Shown one piece after another: positions 53,401 through 64,000 of a stretch of DNA of 64,000 nt. This DNA comes from Antedon mediterranea. Its lineage: Eukaryota; Animalia; Echinodermata. The stretch's first letter is position 1; each line of letters opens with the position of its first letter. The notes below the pieces were generated by a model. The model was not told where the DNA came from. It ran no database searches and saw nothing but the letters and a program-made list of their open reading frames with translations. The position numbers were made by a program, and so were the translations under genes. The stretch is from the NCBI RefSeq assembly GCF_964355755.1, contig NC_092676.1, forward strand, positions 4,379,888 through 4,443,887, read 5' to 3'.

Positions 53401-56400
53401 GATGACTGGGACAATACACACACACAATACAAACTTCGAATTCAAATTCATTTATTGCAACTGAGTAAACATTGTTGAACTTACAAAAGTACTGGTAAAA
53501 CATTAATAAATATGAAAAATACAAATTCACATACATGAAAAATACATCAACATATTTACAAAGGCAAAAGTAAATTATATAGTAATCTAATAGTTATTTT
53601 TTATTTATTTATTTTGGTTCAAGTTCCGGTACATTTATTTATCATAATTTAATATATATTATACAGTAATAAAGTACAGGAGGAGTGTTATTTATCTAAT
53701 TGTCATTATTTGATAATTTAAAGATGATAACAGTAATTAATATAATTAATTAATATTACATTTATAAAGAAACTTGTACATTTTTTTAATTTTAATAGTA
53801 AACATTAGACTTGTGGATGGCAGCAATATTTATGATGGGCGAGTTGAAGTTTACGATGGTACAGAATGGGGTACAATATGTGATGATGACTGGGACATTA
53901 ACAACGCTCAGGTTGTATGTCAACAATTAAGACTAGGACAAGCTATCCAAGCTCCAGGGCAAGCTCATTTTGGTCAAGGGACTGGTCCGATTATGCTTGA
54001 TAATGTTCGGTGTTCAGGAAATGAGACATCCATCACAGACTGTCCTAATAGAGGAATGAGGGTACACGATTGTGGACATTCTGAGGATGCTAGTGTTGTT
54101 TGTGGTAGGTAAAGTAGAAACTGTATAAAAAGGATCACTAAATACAGACAACAACAATACTCTAAGGCCAACACACTTTTTAAACTACTGGGGCGGATCC
54201 AGAGGGGGGGTCCACGGGGTCCGGACCCCCCCCTAAATTTTAAGGGTGCCCTTTTTTTAGAGGTTCAATATTGTATTCGTGTGACATATTTGTGTGTATA
54301 TTAGTATGCACAGAGTAGGCTACACTAACCCCAAAAATAAAAACAGAAATTTATCACAATGAGCGCGATGTTAAAGTTACGGCGGCCGATCAAAGAGCAT
54401 CGTGAGAGGTGGTGACGCGTGATGATCTCTACTTAAACTTCTAAAAATAGATCGTTTCACATACTACAGAGGGCGCATGTAAACTTTTTACGATTCAACT
54501 CCGCGTACGTTACCATGCGCGCTATGTCATTGACGCGATTATTTGTCCATTGGTAAACACATTTTTATGTATTATTATTCTGAAAATAATTGAACTGTAA
54601 ACATAATTCTTTTGAGTATTTGTTTATTTACATATCATTCCATCAGATCAACTATTTTTTATTTCCATTACATCCAACCAAACATGTAAAAAATGTAGTT
54701 AAAATATCGTACTATCTAGCGCGTACGACCATACGCGGTAGATTGTTTACTCAAAAATCATCGAACGGTCCTTACATTATTCAGGGAGTTGTAAAATCAA
54801 CTCCCTGCACTAGTCAACCTTGTTTTTGTAGTTGAGCCTCTCATGACCTGAGATTTTTTTGTCTTCCTACGCCAAGATAATATAGTTCTACAAGCCATGT
54901 GCTTTTTTCTCTGAGAAATATTTATTATAAGTGCCAAAAAAATCGATATGAAGCCTTTATTATTCAAATCTTTTAAAGAAAAATCACACATACCATAAAG
55001 AAGGTTCATTTATTTCATTTTTTAAACAATATTTGTGAAAATTACGTGAGGCTCAACTACAAAACCACCATTTTGTGATATAATGTCATCGTAAGCCAAT
55101 CAAAGCTGAGCTTTCCCGCGAACGCTTCCCGCGTTCGGCAGAACTCACGGTTGAATGATTTTGGATTCTGGCTATTTGATTGGTGGACGCGAATCACCCA
55201 CAGCGGAATGTTTTCTCTCTCTCGCGTGTACCAAGAAGTCACGTGATCTCTCTGTACTGAACGGTACGACACAAATTTAGAGCAATGAATTTGTACGAAT
55301 TCCGTTAAATAAACAACTCTATATATTTTATAAACATTTAATAACATATTTTATTGATATTTCCAATGTTGATATATAAAAGAAATTACTATAAAACGTA
55401 ATTATATGTAATTATTTTAGCGAAAAATGGCGCAATTTGTTTACAACTTTCGTGGCTAAAAACGATCATTTTCGGCAATGTTTTAGACCCTATATTTCGA
55501 AAACTACAACAAGTCAGATTTTCGTAATTCTTTCTTTATTGGAATATTGAAACAAAATACCAACAGATAATGTTTAAATTGGTTGAAAAATAACAACTTT
55601 TAATTTTGCATCGTTATCCCTGCTAATAAAGTGTCATTTCCGGCGAACTAGAAAGGTGCCATTTATCATGGATTTTGCGTGCGAGAGTGCCATTTCCGGC
55701 CATCTAAGTGTGTTCTGTAACAAAATTCGCTTCGCCACAACCCCCACCATGGGGGGGCTGTGGCTCAAATACTCAATGTCTGATGTGCCCTTTTTATCGC
55801 TGGACCCCCCCTCTTAAAAATGTCTGGATCCGCCCCAGAACTAGGAAATGTCAATCTGTTTATCTCAGTTTAAAAGGAAAATGTTTTTTTTTCATATTTT
55901 TGTTCATTGCCACCATTCACACTTTGTGTCCTTTGTATCCTTACTTTGTGAGTGGTCGAGCGGTTAAGACAGTCGAACCGTAATTACGTAGCCATAACAT
56001 CGGCAGGGGTTCGAGGCTCACTCACTCCATGGTTGTGGTGGTAGAACGAGTCTTCTCGGATAAGGTCTATAAACCGTAGGTACAGTGTACACATCTAGCT
56101 CGTGTGCACTTTAAATAACCTAGTACATCTTTCGAGACGAGTAGGGGATTACCCCGGTGTATTAGTACATCACAGCCACTGATCACCAACTGGGCCCTCT
56201 GGGAGACCAGTCTTTGACTGAAGAGGTTACCCAGTATAAATATATATTTCAATCAATCAATCAATCCACGTCCCAGTTATATTACTCATTAAATGTTAAA
56301 TAAAAACGTTCAGCAATTTCAAGCTGTTTCTCATCTTATAAAATAATGGGCAGTTTGTCAGAGTTGGAAAACAGAACCAGTTTATTTTTTATTTGGTTGC

Positions 56401-59400
56401 AATCTTAAAATCATAATTTGTTTAAGAAATGTATTATCCATTTACACATATTCATTCATCATTTAATTTTATATCTGTTTATTTCAGTTCATTTAATTTT
56501 TACAAAACAGTAGACATAAATGTAAAAAGGTACCAGAAAATAATAAACTAATAATGAAGATAATGTTATTTAGTGATGAAAGCTTAAATGTTAAAAATAT
56601 TTCTAAGGGCAGATATTATCTCATATTAAGATATACCTCATCGTTTAATCATCCTCTATTGAACAGGTTTTAAATTTAGGAATAAACTGTTTAATAGCAG
56701 TAATCAATAATACTATATTAGGTACCCTTACAATGGACGGGCGCCATCTTATGATTATTTTAAGGTTCAGGAATCAAAAACATATTACAGTAATATAATG
56801 TAATGTCTTGAGATACTTGTGTCAGATTTACATCAGCTATTCAAATAGACTTAACGAGAGTATAGCTTCACAGTGAGAGATATATCAATATAAAGAACTG
56901 ATTTTAACTTGTACATTTGTTTCATTTAGTAAACATTAGACTTGTGAATGGCAGCAATATCTATGAGGGACGAGTTGAAGTTTACGATGGCACAGAATGG
57001 GGTACAATATGTGATAATGTCTGGGACATCAACGACGCTCAAGTTGTATGTCGACAATTAAGACTAGGACCAGCTATCCAAGCTCCAAGACAAGCTTATT
57101 TTGGTCAAGGGACTGGTCCGATTATGCTTGATGATGTTCAGTGTTCAGGAACTGAGACATCCATCACAGACTGTCCTAATAGAGGAATGAGGGTACACTA
57201 TTGTGGACATTATGAGGATGCCAGTGTTATTTGTCAATGTAAGGAAAATTTGACACTAAATACAAACTTCAGTACTAACAGACGATATTACAATACACTA
57301 TTGACTAAGAGGGAGTGTTTTGTTTTATAAATTATATAAAAATAAGTTCTATTTTCAATAGTTTTATCCATTTAGAGAAAAAAGAGGTTAAAGCTACATT
57401 TGGCGTCATTTATTCTCCTTATATAATATTCCATTGTTTAACACGACGAAATGAACAATACCATTAAATTAAACAGTGTAATAATGAAGCTTAAATATAA
57501 TATGTTTTTATTTCACCTGTATCGAATTATAAGAATTTATGTTCATCTTTAAAATACTCATTGTTATCACACACCACCAGTATTCATCATTATCGTAGTG
57601 TTCTACTATGTAAGATAGAAATAAAGTACTTGGTAATGTTGTTGTTTTACATGAATTACTGAATTGTATTATTTACTGCTTGTGTTTTTTTTAAACAAAA
57701 TCATTATAGTAGGATGCCCAACATATTGCACCTGTAATGTCCAGAAGTGTAACACAGCAGATTGTTATAATAACACTAGATGTACTCAATGGAATGCAAA
57801 TATACATACAGAGCTTGTTGAGTACAATGTGTATGATCCAATAACAAGATTGTAAGTAGAACATTTTTTGTCGATATTTTGAAATCTAACTAAATTTATG
57901 TCATACTGTAAGCAAAATCTACAATGTATATTTCTTTGATAATAGGTCCATGCTATTTATACAGCAGGATCATGATAATATTGAACAAAGGGGGAGTGGG
58001 TGGATTTTGTTAATGTGGAACTACTGGTCACCTTGTGGCGGTCTACAGTATATTTAGGTCGTTTCAATCAGTTTACAGGCTCATCATTAATCTGGTCAAT
58101 TTTCGTATACGACATTTTACGTAAGAATGTGATAGTAGACTAAAAATAACATTTTTTATTTTAACATAGTATATTGTGACATCACTAAAGTACATACAAT
58201 AGAGTACATGCAGTATAACTATTGTATAATGTACAGGAATGTAGACATTTCAACATTTGAGGTGACAGAAAAACTAAAACAATTTAAAAACAGCTTGGAT
58301 ATTGTGATTTACTTACACTGTTCATTCTGGGATTTGAGCTATAACCAAATTAAGTACATGTTGGTTAAACAATGATAATGGTTTAATATTATATTGATTT
58401 CACAATTTGTGATCTTATAAAAATAACTTTAAAAATCAAGTTTTTTGTTCATCCACCATGTAATGACCTTTATTTTTTTTATATATAATAATTCAAAATC
58501 AATTTTTATTGTAAATATCACAATATAAATATAATTATATTTATATATATCATCATTACAAATGTTACTAAGTAATTAAAATTTGTTTATGTATTAATTT
58601 TGTCTTATGAGAAAAAATGTTTCAAAATATAAATATATATTTTATATTTTGACATTAAAATGTTTATGCAATACAGTGAATGCATTGTTGGATCAATTGT
58701 AATATTGGACTAATATGTTATACATTATGACTATTTACAGTAAAAAGAATTTTAAAATCAACATTTTTTAATTTATCAAATTATTCCAAATAATTTTAAA
58801 ATAAACATTTTTAAAATGTATCCACCATGATTGAACTATTTATTTTGGTAAGATCTAACAATTGAAACTAAATCTGTATTACATATAGATAATACATTTA
58901 TTATATGGTTGCTAACGAACAATTTGAAATTGGTGTAGAAATTTTGTTTTAATAAAATAAGTTATCAAAATAAATTTACCACATTTTTATTTTAACATAG
59001 TATATTTTGACATCACTAAAGTACATACAATATAGTACATGCAATATAACTACTGTATAATGTAGCCTACAGGAATGTAGACATTTCAACATTTGAGGTG
59101 ACAGAAAAACTAAAATAATTTAAAAACAGCTTGGATATTGTGATTTACTTATACTGTGCATTCTTTTTACTTTTAAGGGATTTGAGCGGTAACCAATTAA
59201 GTACATTACCAGCCAATGCATTTGCTGGTTTGACAGCATTGGAAACACTGTAAGTGTATTGCTTATGTTTGCTTACTTTTACTAATTTGGTTTTAATTTA
59301 GAAATTAAATTACAAATTATTTTACATTGTTGGTTTTCAAATTCAAAATTAATCTGAAATTTTAAAATTTCACAATATAAATATTATTATAATTATTGTT

Positions 59401-62400
59401 ATGCTAAATAATTAGTATTTGTTTATGTAGTGATTTTGTTTTATGAGAATAAAAATCATCACAATATAAATATATATTATATATTTTTACATCATTAAAA
59501 TGTTGATACAATACGGTGCATGTATTGTAGGTTCAATTGTAATAATGGACTTATATGTACCTTATGATTTCATGATTATTTACAATAACACCAATTTAAA
59601 AAGCAACAATTTTTTAATTTTTTCACCATGATTGAACTATTTATTTTTGTAAGACATAACAATTGAAACTGAATCTGTATTACATATAGATAATACATTT
59701 ATTATATGGTTGCTATCAAACAATTTGAATTTGTTGACATTTTGTTTTCAGAAAATATGTTAATCAAATAAATTTACAACATTTTTATTTTAACATAGTA
59801 TATTTTGACATCACTAAAGTACATACAATAGAGTACATGCAGTATAACTACTGTATAATGTACAGGAATGTAGACATTTCAACATTTGAGGTGACAGAAA
59901 AAACTAAAATAATTTAAAAACAGCTTGGATATTGTGATTTACTTATACTGTGCATTCTTTTTACTTTTAAGGGATTTGAGCGGTAACCAATTAAGTACAT
60001 TACCAGCCAATGCATTTGCTGGTTTGACAGCATTGGAAACACTGTAAGTGTATTGCTTATGTTTGCTTACTTTTACTAATTTGGTTTTAATTTAGAAATT
60101 AAATTACAAATTATTTTACATTGTTGGTTTTCAAATTCAAAATTAATCTGAAATTTTAAAATTTCACAATATAAATATTATTATAATTATTGTTATGCTA
60201 AATAATTAGTATTTGTTTATGTAGTGATTTTGTTTTATGAGAATAAAAATCATCACAATATAAATATATATTATATATTTTTACATCATTAAAATGTTGA
60301 TACAATACGGTGCATGTATTGTAGGTTCAATTGTAATAATGGACTTATATGTACCTTATGATTTCATGATTATTTACAATAACACCAATTTAAAAAGCAA
60401 CAATTTTTTAATTTTTTCACCATGATTGAACTATTTATTTTTGTAAGACATAACAATTGAAACTGAATCTGTATTACATATAGATAATACATTTATTATA
60501 TGGTTGCTATCAAACAATTTGAATTTGTTGACATTTTGTTTTCAGAAAATATGTTAATCAAATAAATTTACAACATTTTTATTTTAACATAGTATATTTT
60601 GACATCACTAAAGTACATACAATAGAGTACATGCAGTATAACTACTGTATAATGTACAGGAATGTAGACATTTCAACATTTGAGGTGACAGAAAAAATAA
60701 AATAATTTAAAAACAGCTTGGATATTGTGATTTACTTATACTGTGCATTCTTTTTACTTTTAAGGTCTTTGTACAGTAACCAAATAAGTACATTACAAGC
60801 CAATGCATTTGCTGGTTTGACAGCATTGGAATACCTGTAAGTGTATTGCTTATGTTTGCTTACTTTTAACAATTTGGTTTAAATTTAGAAATTAAATTAT
60901 AAATTATTTTACATTGTTGGTTAAACAATGATAATGGATTAATATTATTCTATAATTTCACAATTTGTGACCTTATAAAAAATATCTTTATAAATCACTA
61001 GTTTTAGTTCATCCACCATGAATGAACTTTATTTTTGTGTAATACATAATAATTTTAAAAATAATATTAATTGTAAAATTTCACAATATAAATATCATTA
61101 GAATGATTGTTATACTAAATAATTAGTATTTGTTTATGTAGTGATTTTGTTTTATGATAATACAAATTATTAAAATATAAATATATATTTTATATTTTGA
61201 CATCATTAAAATGTTGATACAATACAATGCATGTATTGTAGGATCAATTGTAATAATGGACTAATAATATGCATCAACATTTTTAAAATGTATCCACCAT
61301 GATTGAACTATTTATTTGTGTAAGATACTAAATATGTATTACATATTAGATAATACATTTATTGCATGGTTGCTAACAAACAATTTGAATTTGCTGTAAA
61401 CATTTCCTTTTGTGAAAATAAGTCATTTAAATATATTTACCACATTTTTATTTTAACATAGTATATTTTGTACATCACTAAAGTACATACAATAGAGTAC
61501 ATGCAGTATAACTACTGTATAATGTACAGGAATGTAGACATTTCAACATTTGAGGTGACAGAAAAACTAAAATAATTTAAAAACAGCTTGGATATTGTGA
61601 TTTACTTATACTGTGCATTCTTTTTACTTTTAAGGGATTTGAGAGAAAACAAAATAAGTACATTACCAGCCAATGTATTTGCTGGTTTGACAGCATTGAA
61701 ATACCTGTAAGTATATTGCTTATGTTTGCAAACTTTTATCAATTTGGTTTTAATTTAGAAATTAAATTATAAATTATTTTATATTGTTGGTTAAACAATG
61801 ATAATGGAATAATGGATTATATGTTAAAATAAAAATGTGATATATTTTAATAACTTATTTTGTTAAAATAAAATTTCTACAACAAATTAAAAATTGTTTG
61901 ATAGCAACCATATAATAAATGTATTATCTATATATAATACAGATTCAGTTTCTATTGTTATATCTTACAAAAATAAATAGTTCAATCATGGCGGATAAAT
62001 TTAAACAATGATAATGGATTAAAATTATTCTATAATTTCACAATTTGTGATCTTATAAAAAATATCTTAAAAATCACTAGTTTTTAGTTCATCCACCATG
62101 AATGAACTTTATTTTTGTGTAATACATAATAATTTTAAAAATAATATTAATTGTAAAATTTCACAATATAAATATCATTATAATGATTGTTATACTAAAT
62201 AATTAGTATTTGTTTATGTAGTGATTTTGTTTTATGAGAATAAAAATTATTAAAATATAAATATATATTTTATATTTTGACATCAGTAAAATGTTGATAC
62301 AATACAATGCATGTATTGTAGGATCAATTGTAATAATGGATTAATAATATGTATCAACATTTTTAAAATGTATCCACCATGATTGAACTATTTATTTTTG

Positions 62401-63695
62401 TAAGATATAACAAAAATGAATATTTATTACATATTAGATAATACATTTATTATATGGTTGCTAACAAACAATTTGAATTTATTGTAGACATTTTATTTTA
62501 ATGAAATAAGTTATTAAAATATACATTTTTACTTTAACATAGTATATTTTGACATCCTAAAGTACATACAATAGAGTACATGCAGTATAACTACTGTATA
62601 ATGTACAGGAATGTAGACATTTCAACATTTGAGGTGACAGAAAAATTAAAATAATTTTAAAACAGCTTGGATATTGTGATTTACTTATACTGTGCATTCT
62701 TTTTACTTTTAAGGTCTTTGTACAGTAACCAAATAAGTACATTACCAGCCAATGTATTTGCTGATTTGACAGCATTGAAAACACTGTAAGTGTATTGCTT
62801 ATGTTTGCTTACTTTTACCAATTTGGTTTTAATTTAGAAAATTAAATGAAAAATTGTTTTACATTGTTGGTTAAACAATGATAATGGATTAATATTATTA
62901 TATAATTTCACAATTTGTGATCTTATAAAAAAACTTTAAAAATCAATCGTTTTTTGCTCATCCAACATTAACAAACTTTATTTTTTTGAATAATATTATA
63001 ATAATTCAAAATACATTTTTATTGTAACTGTCACAATATAAATATTATTATAACAAATGTTACTAAATAATTAGTATTTGTTTATTTAGTGATTTTGTTT
63101 TAAGAGAATAAAAATTATTAAAATATAAATATATATTTTATATTTTGACATTAAAATATTGATACAATACAGTGCATGTATTGTAGGTTCGATTGTAATA
63201 AGGGAGTAATAATATGTACTTTATGATTTCATGATTATTTATAGTAAAAATAATTTTAAAGTGAACATTTTAAAAATGTATTCACCATGATTGAACTATT
63301 TATTTTTGTAAGATCTAACAATTGAAACTGAATCTGTATTACATATAGATAACACATTTATTATATGGTTGCTATCAAACAATTTGAATTTGTTGTAGAC
63401 ATTATATTTTAATAAAATATACATTAAAATATACATTTTTATTTTAACATAATATATTTTGACATAACTAAAGTACATACAATAGAGTACATGCAGTATA
63501 ACTACTGTATAATGTACAGGAATGTAGACATTTCAACATTTGAGGTGACAGAAAAACTAAAATAATTTAAAAACAGCTTGGATATTGTGATTTACTTATA
63601 CTGTGCATTTTTTTACTTTTAAGGTCTTTGTACGATAACCAAATAAGTACATTACAAGCCAATGCATTTGCTGGTTTGACAGCATTGGAAACACT
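38423..63695 (+). CDS. Multi-domain SRCR + LRR receptor-like protein (signal peptide - SRCRx3 - LRRNT - LRR x>=6), 3' end beyond window
   Basis: Phase-compatible exon chain: 38423-38498 (signal peptide, ends phase 1), 50185-50490, 53799-54104, 56930-57238 (SRCR, 1-1), 57710-57851 (LRRNT, 1-2), 59178-59249, 59972-60043, 60765-60836, 61635-61706, 62714-62785, 63624-63695 (LRR, 2-2). Joining into one transcript is inferred from phase and order. Confidence 0.82.
39570..49194. repeat. 83-bp satellite array, ~9.6 kb (~115 copies), intronic
   Basis: tatcacatacgattgttacgtcacactttataagatttgactggtttt(a/g)atcgccggacatc(a/g)cttc(a/c)attttgtatgcgtat; period 83 (tgttacg at 39601 and 39684). Confidence 0.99.
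49445..49735. repeat. 15-bp perfect tandem repeat x ~19
   Basis: ttcattttatatctg. Confidence 0.97.
50185..50490 (+). CDS. SRCR domain exon 1
   Basis: tttag|TA...G|gtaggt, 306 nt; [66 protein letters not shown] (6-Cys group A SRCR). Confidence 0.95.
50868..51549 (-). mobile_element. 5'-truncated Penelope-like retroelement (GIY-YIG endonuclease end), inserted in a satellite unit
   Basis: ORF 50969-51547(-): [42 protein letters not shown]....R.IRESLHI....MNRDTG; 13-bp duplication CTTTATAAGATTT at 50855-50867 and 51550-51562. Confidence 0.92.
51550..53020. repeat. Second array of the 83-bp satellite (~17 copies, more diverged toward the 3' end)
   Basis: Same unit as 39570-49194; variants tttcgttgcatagtatc and attaggtagg toward the 3' end. 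Confidence 0.97.
53318..53413 (+). pseudogene. Truncated SRCR pseudo-exon
   Basis: tatgcag|ACATTAGACTTGTG...; [31 protein letters not shown], then breaks off into (CA)n and a reverse-oriented AATAAA/TGAATT retro-tail-like sequence. Confidence 0.85.
53799..54104 (+). CDS. SRCR domain exon 2
   Basis: aatag|TA...G|gtaggt, 306 nt, complete SRCR consensus. Confidence 0.95.
54188..55838. mobile_element. Non-autonomous DNA transposon (hAT-like ends, 5-bp TSD)
   Basis: TIR CTGGGGCGGATCCAG...CTGGATCCGCCCCAG; AACTA duplicated at 54183-54187 and 55839-55843; empty site tttaactaggaaatg in the paralogous intron at ~50561. Confidence 0.88.
55946..56265 (+). mobile_element. tRNA-derived Deu/Nin-domain SINE with (CAAT)n tail
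   Basis: A-box tggtcgagcgg, B-box-like ggttcgagg, tcggataagg..taaaccgtagg..ttcgagacgagtagggg..accccggtgt domain; absent from the paralogous intron at ~49245. Confidence 0.82.
56930..57238 (+). CDS. SRCR domain exon 3
   Basis: tttag|TA...T|gtaagg, 309 nt, complete SRCR consensus. Confidence 0.95.
57710..57851 (+). CDS. LRR N-terminal cap (LRRNT) exon
   Basis: tatag|TAGGATGCCCA...TT|gtaagt; [24 protein letters not shown]...ITRL (CPxxCxC cap), phase 1-2. Confidence 0.8.
58329..58359 (+). pseudogene. Decayed LRR exon cassette
   Basis: GGGATTTGAGCTATAACCAAATTAAGTACAT (DLSYNQ..) preceded by the conserved intron block; the polypyrimidine tract/AG and the 3' half of the exon plus donor are deleted. 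Confidence 0.85.
59178..59249 (+). CDS. LRR exon 1 (24 aa)
   Basis: ttttaag|G...CT|gtaagt; [24 protein letters not shown]. Confidence 0.93.
59972..60043 (+). CDS. LRR exon 2 (24 aa)
   Basis: Identical to LRR exon 1: [24 protein letters not shown]. Confidence 0.9.
60765..60836 (+). CDS. LRR exon 3 (24 aa)
   Basis: [24 protein letters not shown], 72 nt, phase 2-2. Confidence 0.93.
61635..61706 (+). CDS. LRR exon 4 (24 aa)
   Basis: [24 protein letters not shown], 72 nt, phase 2-2. Confidence 0.93.
62714..62785 (+). CDS. LRR exon 5 (24 aa)
   Basis: [24 protein letters not shown], 72 nt, phase 2-2. Confidence 0.93.
63624..63695 (+). CDS. LRR exon 6 (24 aa)
   Basis: [24 protein letters not shown], 72 nt, phase 2-2. 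Confidence 0.93.
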
Positions 63696-64000
63696 GTAAG
63701 TGTATTGCTTATGTTTAATTTTTTGCTCATCCAACATTAACAAATTTTATTTTTTTGAATAATATGTAATTCAAAATAAATTTTTATTGTAACTGTCACA
63801 AATATAAATATTATTATAACTAATGTTACTAAATAATTAGTATTTGTTTATGTAGTGATTTTGTTTTATGAGAATAAAAATCATCAAAATATAAATATAT
63901 ATTATATAGTTTTACATCATTAAAATGTTGATACAATACATTGCATGTATTGTAGGATAAATTGTAATAATGGACTAATAATATGTACCTTATGATTCCA

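Larger units (their letters stand above)
58148..64000 (+). repeat. Tandem array of ~0.8-1.1 kb intron+LRR-exon units
   Basis: Exon starts are spaced 794, 793, 870, 1079 and 910 bp; the ~190-bp pre-exon block (ttttaacatagtatattttgacatcactaaagtacatac...ctgtgcattctttttacttttaag) recurs 7 times nearly unchanged. Confidence 0.95.

Noticed and set aside
59178-60764. Identical LRR units 1 and 2 taken as proof of an ongoing duplication
   Set aside because: Near-perfect 794-bp identity could equally be an assembly artefact; cannot be decided without reads.

Overview
AT-rich invertebrate animal genomic DNA. SINE types and gene content suggest a non-vertebrate deuterostome such as an echinoderm (inference). 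Two spliced + strand genes were reconstructed by hand, because the ORF track misses most exons. (1) 1078-34841 holds the 3' two-thirds of a PICALM/AP180 (ANTH-domain clathrin assembly protein) gene, ending ...DPFGSL*, with several candidate alternative micro-exons. Its introns are full of MITEs, SINEs and minisatellites. (2) From ~38423 to beyond the window end lies a secreted or membrane immune-receptor-like gene: signal peptide, 3 SRCR exons, an LRRNT exon, then a tandem array of at least six 72-nt single-LRR exons. Each LRR exon sits in a near-identical 0.8-1.1 kb intron unit. The LRR exons differ only by amino-acid-changing substitutions, concentrated on the concave ligand-binding face and recombined in mosaic fashion. 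The array also has a dead cassette and an inverted copy of the shared intronic element. This looks like a VLR-like or exon-shuffling diversified receptor system and is the main finding. Its first intron carries a ~9.6 kb 83-bp satellite. A second array of the same satellite, after SRCR exon 1, is interrupted by a truncated Penelope-like element. The long ORFs at 6-28 kb and 49.4 kb are tandem-repeat artefacts.
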